A stretch of DNA of 33,724 nt from Octopus sinensis (lineage: Eukaryota): positions 1 through 33,724 of the forward strand of contig NW_021831971.1 in NCBI RefSeq assembly GCF_006345805.1, in the 5' to 3' direction. Positions 1 through 11,101 of the stretch are shown here, piece after piece. The translations under genes were made by a program, and so were the position numbers. The notes below the pieces were generated by a model, which had not been told where the DNA came from, did no database searches, and saw nothing but the letters and a program-made list of their open reading frames with translations. Position 1 is the stretch's first letter. Every line of letters starts with the position of its first letter.

Positions 1-49
1 GTCTATATATATATATATATTAATTATAATATATATATATATATATTAT

Positions 50-117
<68 letters not shown>
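1..117. repeat. (TA)n microsatellite
   Basis: Near-pure TA dinucleotide run. Confidence 0.95.
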
Positions 118-123
<6 letters not shown>

Positions 124-215
124 TATTAGAGACAAAACCACTATTTTTGCAAAACAAACAGGAAAGACTTAATCAATACATAAAATTTTAATAAATAGTC
201 AAAAAAAAAAAACCG

Positions 216-258
216 CCACTACAATCGTTTCTTGTCTTGATCGACAATCTTCAGGTGG
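216..258 (-). ncRNA. Minimal type I hammerhead ribozyme
   Basis: Minus strand: ccac-CTGAAGA-ttgtc(gatcaa)gacaa-GAAAC-gatt-GTA-gtgg. Helix I ccac/gtgg, helix II 5 bp, GUA cleavage triplet. Confidence 0.85.
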
Positions 259-303
259 ACTTCCATAATTCAGTGTATAATTTGACACTGAATTATTGGA
301 AGT

Positions 304-346
304 CCACCTGAAGATTGTCGATCAAGACAAGAAACGATTATAGTGC
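304..346 (+). ncRNA. Mutated mirror copy of the hammerhead
   Basis: ccac-CTGAAGA-ttgtc..gacaa-GAAAC-gatt-ATA-gtgc; GTA>ATA and helix I shortened. Confidence 0.65.
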
Positions 347-528
347 GGTTTTTTTGACTATTTATTAAAATTTTATGTACTGATTAAGTCTTTCCTTGTT
401 TGTTTTGCAAAATAGTGGTTTTGTCTCTAATAATATTTATCTAATATTTTACTATATATCGATTTAATCCTAAATCTGATTTTTTCCCTGTAAATTTGGA
501 TTTATTCCCTAATATTTATTATAGATTA

Positions 529-560
529 TATATATATATATGTATTTATTATATATATAT

Positions 561-591
<31 letters not shown>

Positions 592-705
592 AAATTACAT
601 ATATATATATATATATATACATATATATATAATATAATATATATATATATATGTATTTATATATATATATATATATATTATATAATATATGTATTTATAT
701 ATATA

Positions 706-737
<32 letters not shown>

Positions 738-738
738 G

Positions 739-792
<54 letters not shown>

Positions 793-804
793 TATATATA
801 TATG

Positions 805-843
<39 letters not shown>

Positions 844-863
844 TTATATATATATAATATATA

Positions 864-909
<46 letters not shown>

Positions 910-920
910 CATATATACAT
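529..920. repeat. Interrupted (TA)n microsatellite
   Basis: TA run with scattered interruptions. Confidence 0.95.
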
Positions 921-924
921 ATTC

Positions 925-1112
925 GTGTGTGTGTGTGCTTGAAACCGGTGTTGGTGTGTTTACGTCCCCGTAATCTAGCGTTTCCGCAAAGCGACCGATA
1001 GAATAAGTATTAGGCTTACAAAGAATAGGTTCTGGGATAGATTTTTTTCGAATAAAGGCGGTGCTCCAGCATGACCGCATTCAAATGACTGAAACATGTA
1101 AAAGAATAAAAG
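925..1112 (+). mobile_element. 3' part of SINE family A
   Basis: Matches 1445-1625 (ggtgtgtttacgtcccc...ggcggtgctccagcatg...ctgaaaca). Confidence 0.85.
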
Positions 1113-1139
1113 AATATATATATTTGTAATCACCACAAT

Positions 1140-2095
1140 ATAAAAAATCCACAGCGGAGCTCGAAGCAATCCAACGAAGCTACATTAAGAAAATCGTCTC
1201 AATGTAACGTATCATAGGCGCAGGAGTGGCTGCGTGGTAAGTAGCTTGCTAACCAACCACATGGTTCCGGGTTCAGTCCCACTGCGTGGCATCTTGGGCA
1301 AGTGTCTTTCTGCTATAGCCTCGGGCGACCAATGCCTTGTGAGTGGATTTGGTTGACGGAAACTGAAAGAAGCCTGTCGTATATATGTATATATATATAT
1401 ATGTATGTGTGTGTGTTTGTGTGTCTGTGTTTGTTCCCCTAGCATTGCTTGACAACCGATGCTGGTGTGTTTACGTCCCCGTCACCCAGCGGTTCGGCAA
1501 AAAGAGACCGATAGAATAAGTACTGGGCTTACAAAAAGAATAAGTCCCGGGGTCGAGTTACTCGACTAAAGGCGGTGCTCCAGCATGGCCGCAGTCAAAT
1601 GACTGAAACAAGTAAAAGAGTAAAGAGAGTATCAGCTACTGGAAAAGAGTGAAAGAATTAAAACTCTTCTCCCTAGAACGAAAGCGGGAAAGATATGCAG
1701 TGATATACATCTGGAAAATCCTTGAAGGTCTTGTACCAAACTTTGGCATTGAAAGGTACTCAAAGATTCCAGCATCACCATCAAAATACAGGACCAGATA
1801 CTGCAACAGCTTTTAGTTTTAGGAATCACAGCTCTTTAATATCCTTCCAAAATGCCTGAGAGACCTGCGTGGTTTGGATGTCTTTAAAACAAAGCTAGAT
1901 CTTTTCCTGTCAATGGTTCCAGACGAGCCTACCCCACGGCAGGAAACACAGATGAGGGCAGAGGCATCAAACTTCCTCATTGACCAAATGCCACCTATCA
2001 GAGGAGGTTCCAAATAATGGTGTAGCTCAGTCATGGGTGGTGCTCCAACATGACCGCAGCTTTGAAGCTGAAACATTTTTAAAGAATTTAAAGAA
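1140..2095 (+). mobile_element. 5'-truncated CR1/L2-type LINE 3' end, interrupted by a SINE
   Basis: Translates ELEAIQRSYIKKIVSM*RI|SYWKRVKELKLFSLER across the SINE. Similar to the C-terminus at 11870-12040 (EIERLQRRFASKI...NYWERLKALRLYSLE). Confidence 0.8.
1217..1628 (+). mobile_element. Full-length tRNA-derived SINE family A (CORE-like)
   Basis: A-box-like tggctgcgtgg, B-box-like ggttcagtccc, CORE-like cttgggcaagt. TSD gtatca at 1209-1214 and 1629-1634. Other copies at 27705 and 33225. Confidence 0.9.
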
Positions 2096-2106
2096 GTAAG
2101 TATTTA

Positions 2107-2139
<33 letters not shown>

Positions 2140-2151
2140 ATATATATATAC

Positions 2152-2212
2152 ATGGCGGTGCCCCAGCATGGCCACAGCTCATGAGACTGAAAAGAAACTA
2201 AATCATTCAATC
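2152..2212 (+). mobile_element. Isolated LINE/SINE 3' tail in (TA)n
   Basis: ggcggtgccccagcatggccacagctcatgagactgaaa matches the tail at 1571-1610 and 2036-2075. Confidence 0.7.
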
Positions 2213-2260
2213 ATATATTATATATATATTATATATCTATATATATATATATATTATATA

Positions 2261-2453
2261 GGGAGAGTATCACGAAAAAAACAAAAGACGAAGACAGGTG
2301 GTGTAAAAACAAAATAAACAGATGTATTAGATACGCTCAGGAATAGAAAAAGTATTTTATGTTTCGAGCCTACGCTCTTCTACAGAAAGGGACACAGAAA
2401 AAAACAAGGAGAGAAAAAATGTGATAGTGGCTAACGACCTATCATGGCGACTG
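2261..2453 (-). mobile_element. Short element in (TA)n with a degenerate HHR-like motif (2353-2391); probable PLE terminal fragment
   Basis: Minus strand: cttt-CTGTAGA-a-gagc(gtag)gctc-GAAAC-ATA-aaat. Flanked by TA tracts on both sides. Confidence 0.55.
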
Positions 2454-2630
2454 ATAATATATTATATATATATATAATATATATATATATATAATATATA
2501 TATATATATATAACAAATGTGAGGATAAAATTCTTTTCGAAAAAAAATATCGGCATATTTGCATTAGAATTTTTTTCCTTGCCCTCATTTATGAATTATA
2601 TATATATATATATATAATATATATAATATA

Positions 2631-2670
<40 letters not shown>

Positions 2671-2904
2671 TATGTATATATAAATGTATGTAGAACATTG
2701 TTGTAAGTACACATGCACGTGTGTATGCGTGTGTGCTAAAAAAAATCACTCTTCATTTGGGTGTAGACTTAATAGTCCTCAAACAAGGATTGGCAGCCGC
2801 TCTCAACTCCAGTTCTTAAACTCCACTCAGAGAACAATAGACAACGTGTCCGTCTTCCTCTGACTGAATTTTCTCTTTTCTCTGTCAATGCTTTCTATAG
2901 AGAC

Positions 2905-5034
2905 ATAATACATACACACGTCGCAGCTGCACCCTCCTACAACGAGAAAAGCCTTTGCCAAGAAGCTTCCTGTACTGATTCATTATTGTTGTCATGTGAT
3001 GCCCTCATGTGTCTTTTAAGCCCGGCCAAGCTTTTACACATTTCATTACATACTTAGACAACTGTGCTGGCTGGCAGGAGAAACAGGTGTCACCATATTC
3101 ACTCTCTTAACATGTCTTTTTAGACCTCCAACTAAGAAGCATACTTTTCCACAGGCTCCCCCCTTCTAAGCACCCCCCCCATAATTCTCTCATTCTTCAC
3201 TCTCTCTCTCTCTCAAACCTTGAACAACCATCATGCACAATCTTCCTCCATCCACCACGGTCTTGTGCCTCCCTCTCCCAATTACCAACTGCAATTCCTG
3301 TCTTTATTAGAGCATTTTTAACGCAATCCGTAAACCTTAGTTTAGGCTTATGTGCCGGTCTCCAGCCATCTTCCAGCTCACCATACAATAGCTGCTTGGG
3401 CAGTCGCTCATCACTCATCCTAACCAAATGTACCCACCCCCACCTCAAACGTCTTTGCAAAATCATTGACTCTATACTTCCACTGCCACTCCTCTCAAGC
3501 ACCTCCACATTACTAATGGCCATTTTCCAGTTATCTCCCAAATTTTTCTTAGATAGTATTGATGAAATCGTTCCAATTGCTTTCCCTGCTTTCGGTAAGT
3601 AACCCATGCCCCACTTCCATATAACAAAGATGGGAGGACGCATGTATCATATACCTTAACTTTAATTTGTGAAGATATATTATGTTGTTTCCACAGACGC
3701 CTATCAAACCTACCAAAAGCACTACTAGCCCTGCTGATTCCGTATGAAATTTCATCATCAAGTCCAGCAGTGCTCAAGGTACTTCCTAAATAAATAAATT
3801 TAGGTACAGTCTCCAACCTTTGACCATTCACAGTTATAAAAAGGTTCCACATACCTCTTGGAGGGAGCGGGCTGGTACATTATAACAGGTTTTTTTTTAG
3901 ATTGATCGTTGGACCCAATGCTGCACATGCTGCAGAAACCGCATTCACCATGCGCTGCATATCTTTCTGAGAATGTGCCAACAGGTCACAATCATCTGCA
4001 TAGAGAAACTCAACAAGGTGAGAATGCAGAACTTTCATTTTGTCACAGTCTTTTGAGATTGAATAGTTTTCCTGTTGTCCTATAGCTTATATAGACCCCT
4101 TCAGGGCAATCTTTAAAAAGCTATTTGAAAGACTATTGCAAAATATATAGCAAAGAGTGTAGGAGCAGGAATATCACCTTGCTTTACACCATTTTCTACA
4201 AAAATTGGATCTGATAAGGTACCTTAAACATTAACTCTCACTTCCAACTTGTCATGAAATTGTCTTAGCATTCTCACAAAATTTTCAAGGCATCCTAGCT
4301 TTTTCAGGATTTCCCAAAATGCAATTCTATTGATAGAATCAAACGCCTTTGTTAGGTCAATGAAAACCTGGTATAAGTCCATATCCTATTCGATGCACTT
4401 CTCTTGCAACTGCCTAGCCGAAAATGTCATATCCATATTACTCCTACCATCCCAAAACCCACATTGCAATTCTGGTAGAACCTCAGCAGCAATCTATCCA
4501 GTAGGCCTATTGAGCAACTCATCAAAATGTTCTCCCAAAAATATCTTTAGGATTTGTTAATAATTCTATGCCATCTTTGCTCTGAAGCAACACAACCGTT
4601 AATGAAGCTGGTCCATAAACTTTTTTTCAAGAGAGAGTAAAACAGTTTGGAATTGTTAAGCATTTGGATTTCATCGATATCTATCACTCCACCAATTTTC
4701 CTGCATCATCCGTCGCTTCCTCTGCACTGTTGCTTTTACTGCCTTGAAACATGTAGCCACTGTCCTATTCGTTGATATGTCAACATTTTGCAACATGTTA
4801 AATGCCTTTCGCTTTTCCTCTAAGATAAGACCAATTTCTTCATCATCATCGTCAAACCAATCTTGGTGTTTTTTGTTTTTACAACAGATCCAAGAATGTT
4901 ACTACAGATTTCGTACACTCTTTCTTTGAATGACTTCCAGCTTCCATCACAGGACAAATTATTTATTTCACTCACAGACTCACTGCGTACTGACGGAATC
5001 TTAAGTTTATTGACATCAAAAGGTAATTTGTCAT
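2905..5034 (-). mobile_element. RTE-clade LINE 3' portion (RT domain and C-terminus), decayed
   Basis: FIDLTKAFDSI, LYADDCDL, FIYLGSTLS, RASSAFGR, RMSDERLPKQLLYGEL..RPAHKPKLRFTDCVK, terminal KSLAGLKRHMRASH. Frameshifts and stops present. Confidence 0.92.
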
Positions 5035-5141
5035 TTTAAATTGTATATATTGTATGTCAATCTTATTTTTAATTTTACACAGTTTTATCTCAATTTTTAA
5101 TTTGTATTTATTTCTCTTATTTTAATTTTTTGTATAATAAA

Positions 5142-5634
5142 CTAGCAGTATCGCCCGGCGTTGCTCGGGTTTGTAAGGGAAATAACTATATAAGCATTTT
5201 TAGAGAGTTATAACCAAAAAATAGCAAAAAAATGCATTAAAAATGGAAAAAAAATTATGGTAAATTTTTTTTTAAATCGTTGACTCATCGTAGACATTTT
5301 TAGAGAGTTACTTCCCTTATATAATAGCGAAAAAATGCATTAGAATGGAAAAAATGATGGTAATTTTTTTTTAAATCGTTGACTCATCGTAGACATTTTT
5401 AGAGAGTTACTTCCCTTATATAATAGCGAAAAAATGCATTAGAATGGAAAAAATGATGGTAATTTTTTTTTTAAATCGTAGACTCATCGTAGACGCGCGC
5501 TAATACCCAGAAGGGCTCGATATGAATCACAACTATAAGATATTTGGTTAAACTGCACCGCAAAATGTGGGAGTAGTTAGGAATCTAAATCGTAGGAGAC
5601 AGACAGCTCACAACCTCTCTTTTATATATAAAGA
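5142..5634 (-). mobile_element. Non-autonomous Helitron
   Basis: Minus strand begins a|TCtttatatataaaag and ends with hairpin cccgagcaacgccggg followed by gCTAG|t (A/T insertion site). Three ~100-bp internal tandem units at 5195-5493. Confidence 0.85.
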
Positions 5635-5635
5635 T

Positions 5636-6985
5636 AGATGAGGGGTGGACAGAGTTCCTCTATTTACCCAAGTCATTGCGAAGGAATCTGTCTTGGAGAA
5701 AGTTACTCTGGATTTAAATACTCTACTGCTGTCTTGTAGTTAGCCTTTGGCTTTTCAAAGACTGGGAGAAGGACACTCGGATATAAAACCCGCGACTGTA
5801 AATGCACTCAATGATGTCGACTTGGTCTTCTTTTTGGATCATGCTTTGTAGTTTAGAGAGTGGGAATGGTTGCTGTGCAAAACTCTTCCTCACTTTAAAA
5901 AGTGTCAAGCAAGGAATAAGAAATGGACATCTTGTATGTAAATGACTGGCCGAAGCTTAAAAAGGCACATGTAAACAATGAGAGTTCATACTGATAATGA
6001 AGCAAATGGCAAAAAGGACTCTGGAACATTTTGTTCTGTGGTCTGGTCCGGCAGGTGTCCCAGGACACCACAGCGTGGATCCGGTCGTCATCCTACAACT
6101 GTGAGTAAATTTAAGTTAAGATGCAAGCCTATGAATATAGGATGTTGGAATGTTCGAACGTTATGAGACAATGATTGTCTGAAATCTCGTCCGGAGAGAA
6201 GATCCGCGCTTGTTTCAAAAGAGTTACAGCGATATGATGTGGAAGTTGTAGCGTTATCCGAAACAAGAATTCATGGAAAGGAGAATTTCGTAGAGAAATC
6301 TGCTGGGTATCATTTATTTTGGAACAGTAGAGTGGAGACCTATAAGAGAGAATCAGGAGTGGGATTTGCTATCAAAACCACTCTGGCTTAAAAACTTGAG
6401 GAACTAACGTGTGGTCAATCGGACTGTTTAATGTTTTTAAGAATTCCATTAAGAAAAGGTCGTTGTGCAACACTCATAAGTGCATATGCTCCAACTATGA
6501 ATTCATCAGAGGATGATAGACTTGCCTTCTATCTATCACTTACAGAGATTATGCGCAATATCCCCCATGATGACTAAGTTGTCATTTTGGTTGATTTTAA
6601 TGCGTGTGTTGGTACAGATTTGAGTTGGGGTGTCCTAGGAAAGCACGGGGTTGAGACTTGCAACAGTAATGGTTTGCAACCATTACAAACGTGCGTAGAA
6701 ATGGATTTGTGTGCCATGAATACAATGTTTCGACTAAAGAATAAGTATAAAACGACATGGATGCACCCAGGTTCTAAGAAATGGCATCTTATAGATTACA
6801 TCCTCACCAGGAAACGAGATACTAGGGACTTTGCTATTGTACGAGTAATGCGTGGGGCAGAGTGCTGGACTGATCACAGGCTTTTTCGTGCCAAGGTGAA
6901 TTTTGTTGCCAAGCCTAAGGTTAGAGCAAATAATGACAAGTTACCTAAACGGATTGATGTCAATAAAGTTAAGATTCCGTCAGTA
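5636..6985 (+). mobile_element. RTE-clade LINE 5' portion (5'UTR and apurinic endonuclease), decayed
   Basis: IGCWNVRTL, VVALSETR, ESGVGFAIK, LISAYAPT, DFNA.VG, TWMHPGSKKWHLIDYILTR, CWTDHRL. The 5' boundary is approximate. Confidence 0.92.
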
Positions 6986-6989
6986 CATA

Positions 6990-7012
6990 CTATATATATA
7001 TATAATATATAT

Positions 7013-7058
<46 letters not shown>

Positions 7059-7243
7059 TATATATATATATAGATATATACATACATATGTATATATATA
7101 CACATACATATATATATATACACATACATATATATATAACCATTTAAGTATGTGAGCATGCATGCTTGTATGTATGTATGTATGTATGTATGTATGTATG
7201 TATGTGTGTGTGTGTGTGTGTGGTGTGTGTGTGTGTGTGTGTA
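6990..7243. repeat. Compound (TA)n/(CA)n/(TATG)n/(TG)n microsatellite
   Basis: Direct reading. Confidence 0.95.
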
Positions 7244-7604
7244 TAGAATAATACAGAAACATGTGGTCAGAAAATGTTTCTAATTTTTCCTTTCCACAAA
7301 CTACACGACACAAGTGAGATTGAAAGAAAGTTGAAATAAAAATGGTTTATTAAAATGTTCGAACCTGTTCTGAATGGAAAGACATTTAAAAATAATATGA
7401 CAACCAGTTAATGATGTGGATTAAAAAAATATCTGTAACATATGAATATAAGCAAATTACAGAATATCGGTACACCTGGCAAACCGTGCTGTTTAAGTTG
7501 CATGCAGATTGGTCAAAACCATATTCCATAAATTCAGTTTGTTGGAGCGTTGTAAGAGATACTACAGTTGTCAAGAACTCAACTGTCAGTTAAATACATT
7601 TTGA

Positions 7605-7642
7605 AATCTGATGATTACTACGGACGTATGAAAGCGCTAATT
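7605..7642 (+). ncRNA. Minimal type I hammerhead ribozyme candidate
   Basis: aat-CTGATGA-ttactacggacgtat-GAAA-gcgc-TA-att. Helix III is the palindrome AGCGCT; helices I and II are weak (3 bp). Lies ~90 bp upstream of a (TA)n tract. Confidence 0.6.
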
Positions 7643-7750
7643 GAACTTTATGAACATTGCAAAATATTTTTTTAATGTTAACATACTATAATAAAAAAGT
7701 GAAAACCTGACCGTGTTTTTACTTTATCCTATCATATATATATATATATA

Positions 7751-8626
7751 AGTCAGTAAATGGTGGGGTTGTGTTAACCGCACGTGGAAAAATGATAGGA
7801 GAGGAAAAATTATAAGGCAGAATGCTAAATTGAAAGTAAATTTTAATAAAAACGGATGTATGGAAAATTAAAAAAGAAAAAATAATAAATCAAAGCGGTT
7901 TTCATTGTAAGGCAAATTTTCAAGATTTGGAAGAGGAAAAGAATTTTTTTTTTTAAATTGAGGAAGGGGAGAAAAGAAATTTACAATGTTTTTTCAAAAA
8001 AATAATAATACATATATACAAAAATTAATAAATAAGTATACCAATCCATTGTAGAGTCTTTATGCTTTTAGAGTTCAATAATAGTCCTTCGAAAAATTTC
8101 TTTGGAGGATTAGGATGCATGTGCTTAAATGTAGTATTTAGTTTAAAGGGTTGGGTGAATGTGTGTCAAAACAGGAAATGGGGTGGGAGTTATCCAGATC
8201 CTGTGAGTAAGGGGAGACAATTCTGTGGATTTTATACTCTTTAATTGGAATGATGGATTTTTTTGTCAAACAGGATGCTTATAAATTTTGAATATATATG
8301 TATATTAAAAATTTGGAATATTTTCCAAGGACTATTATTGAACTCTAAAATCATAAAGACACTACAATGTATTGGTATGCTTATTTATTAATTTTTGTAT
8401 ATGTGTATTGTTATTTTTTTGAAAAAACGAAAAAAACATTGTAAATTTCTTTTCTCCCCTTCCTCAATTTAAAAACAAAAATTTCTTTTCCTCTTCCAAA
8501 TCTTGAAAATTTGCCTTACAATGAAAACCGCTTTGATTTATTATTTTTTCTTTTTTAATTTTCCATACACCCATTTTTATTAAAATTTACTTTCAATTTA
8601 GCATTCTGCCTTATAATTTTTCCTCT

Positions 8627-8631
<5 letters not shown>
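7751..8631 (-). mobile_element. Fold-back element in (TA)n with ~300-bp inverted arms, probably Penelope-like
   Basis: 7795-8095 is an imperfect reverse complement of 8321-8631, with a 225-bp spacer and an unpaired tail at 7751-7794. HHR-like motif in each arm (7887-7928 minus, 8498-8539 plus). Confidence 0.7.
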
Positions 8632-8663
<32 letters not shown>

Positions 8664-10303
8664 GAGATTCAGTTGAATTAGATATTTAAGTTGAAGTACC
8701 AAGTCAGTCCGGTATTATCCGCACAGCTCGAAGTAAGGTGAATAAAATCAAAATAAGCAGCAGGATATCAAGTTGTAATGCAGTACGACCGTTGCGGCTC
8801 CATTTAATTGAACAATGCAATCATTACATTAATTTAAATGCAGTGTTATCTTTAGCTGCACAAATAAATAAATGGAATTTTAACAAGTAGGACACACTAA
8901 TATGATTTTTCTTAAATATTTTAACTGAGCAAGATGATGGAAGAAATTCCTGTTGTCGCTATTGTAGCTAAGAATAGCCTACAACTTCTACGAATAGCAT
9001 GGAGAATAGTGGGGTCATGGGGTTTTAAGGATTGTAATTAATTTCTAATTCATTTATCTCTTTATCAACTACTAAAACTAAGACTAGAAGTCTATGTCTA
9101 TTTTTAATAAAGGATAAGAGTGAGTTGACTGTTCAATGTTGACGAAGGAATAAAGTTTCTGTACGACCAGATAACCATGATCTATCAAAAGCATGCTCCA
9201 TACAAACATCCCTATTTCCGCAAAAATCTGATTCCACAAGATAGACGGATACCAATACGTAACAGAAACAAGGGGACAAAACAATTAATGAACTTAATTC
9301 TCTCTATAAACCAGACTGCAAAGAAAAAATAAGAAAATAAGGAACATTGAACTAGACCTCAAAATTTATTATGAAAAAGAAACTTCGCTAAGGGAACACC
9401 GAACAGTGGAAAATATAACAAAAAAAAAAACTAATTTGAAGCTCTTTTTCCACTTTGCTAAACAAAAATCTTCAACACATAACCAGATCGACCCACTAAT
9501 GGACCATAATGGATCAGATGCTAAGGATTCGTCACAGATATGGACACCCTTGAGTCAACACTACAACAATGCTTTCTCTCAACCTATGATTGGCAACAGA
9601 GTGCATAATCCAAGGGAATTCTTCGATCCCCAGAATTCAACTACGCAGACACATCTAGAGATTCTAGATATTAGGAAAGAAGACGTAGTTACGGCTATTA
9701 AAGACCTAGATTCAAATTCAGCACCAGGGCCAGATGGTTTCCCGGCCATACTATTGAAAACTTGTAAAAACAAGCTCGCCAAGCCATTGAAGTAACTATT
9801 TCAAAAGTCGCTTGAAACCGGCATATTTCCAGAACTATTGAAAGAAGCAACAGTAAGACCTACCCATGACGGAGGTAGCAGGGCTGAAGCTAAAAATCCC
9901 AGACCCGTTTCTCTCACATCTCACACATCTAAAACTGTAGAACACGTTTTCCAAAACAGAATAGCTGCATATCTTGAGGAAAACAACCTCTTAGATAATA
10001 CACAGCATGGTTTTCGGACTGGACGAGGTTGTCTGACACAACTATTACAACACCATAACACTATCCTCAATAATTTCCTGAATGGAAAAGGGCACTCACT
10101 GTATATACCTTGATTTTGCTAAAGCGTTTGACAAGATTGATCATGGAATCATCTGTCATAGGATAAGGGATCCTGGTATCATGGGAAAACTCAGAGAATG
10201 GCTCTTTGACTTCCTACAGGATAGGAATCAATCTGCTGCTGAAAACGGTTATCTCTCAGCAAAGTCATTCGTAATAAGTGGTATACCTCAGTGTGGTATA
10301 TAA

Positions 10304-10717
10304 GGCGGTGAGTTGGCAGACACGTTAGCGCGCCGGGCGAAATGCTTAGCGGTATTTCGTCTGCCGCTACGTTCTGAGTTCAAATTCCGCCGAGGTCGAC
10401 TTTGCCTTTCATCCTTTCGGGGTCGATAAATTAAGTACCAGTTATGCACTGGGGTCGATGTAATCGACTTAATACCTATGTCTGTCCTTGTTTGTCCCCT
10501 CTGTGTTTAGCCCCTTGTGGGTAATAAAGAAATAGGTATTTCGTCTACCGCTACGTTCTGAGTTTAAATTCCGCCAAGGTCGACTTTGCCTTTCATCCTT
10601 TCAAGTCGATTAAATAAGTACCAGTTACGCACTGGGGTCGATGTAATCGACTTAATCCGTTTGTCTGTCCTTGTTTGTTCCCTCTGTGTTTAGCCCCTTG
10701 TGGGTAGTAAAGAAATA
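10304..10717 (+). mobile_element. tRNA-derived SINE family B (Meta/MESC-like central domain), partial tandem dimer
   Basis: B-box gagttcaaattcc; domain gcctttcatcctttcggggtcgataaa. 15-bp TSD ggtatacctcagtgt at 10280-10294 and 10718-10732. Confidence 0.9.
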
Positions 10718-11101
10718 GGTATACCTCAGTGTACGGTTCTGGGACCATTATTATTTACCTTGACCCTATCAGGCATAAGCTCACAAGTGCAGTCGTCCAA
10801 CCTAATGAGTTACGCCGACGACACAAAAATATCAATGGCCATCCAGACTCCAGAAGATGCCATCACACTCCAAAATGACCTAAACACCATTTATCAATGG
10901 ACGGATAAAAATAATATGAAATTTGATACATCAAAATTTCAGGCCCTTCATTATGGAGGCAACTGACACAAATCCCAATATCCGGCCCCAGATAATATAA
11001 TGAACCAGGGCACTGACGATATACAGTTTTTAGGAACAACCATGCCAAATGATGCATCTTTTATCAGTCACATCAACAAACTGACCTCTAAATGCAGCTG
11101 C

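Larger units (their letters stand above)
118..528 (+). mobile_element. Fold-back non-coding element in (TA)n, probably Penelope-like: ~155-bp inverted arms plus unique 3' tail
   Basis: 118-276 is the reverse complement of 285-438 (8-nt spacer ataatttg). ~90 bp of unpaired tail follows before TA resumes. Each arm holds an outward-facing HHR motif. Confidence 0.75.

Noticed and set aside
496-1080. YIYI-rich ORFs (also near 6874-7313, 20292-20892, 23555-24233, 28474-29189)
   Set aside because: Translations of stop-free microsatellites, not genes.
2512-2598. Short imperfect inverted repeat within TA
   Set aside because: Too short and AT-rich to distinguish from chance.
5195-5493. CRISPR-like array
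   Set aside because: Contiguous tandem units without unique spacers, inside a eukaryotic Helitron.
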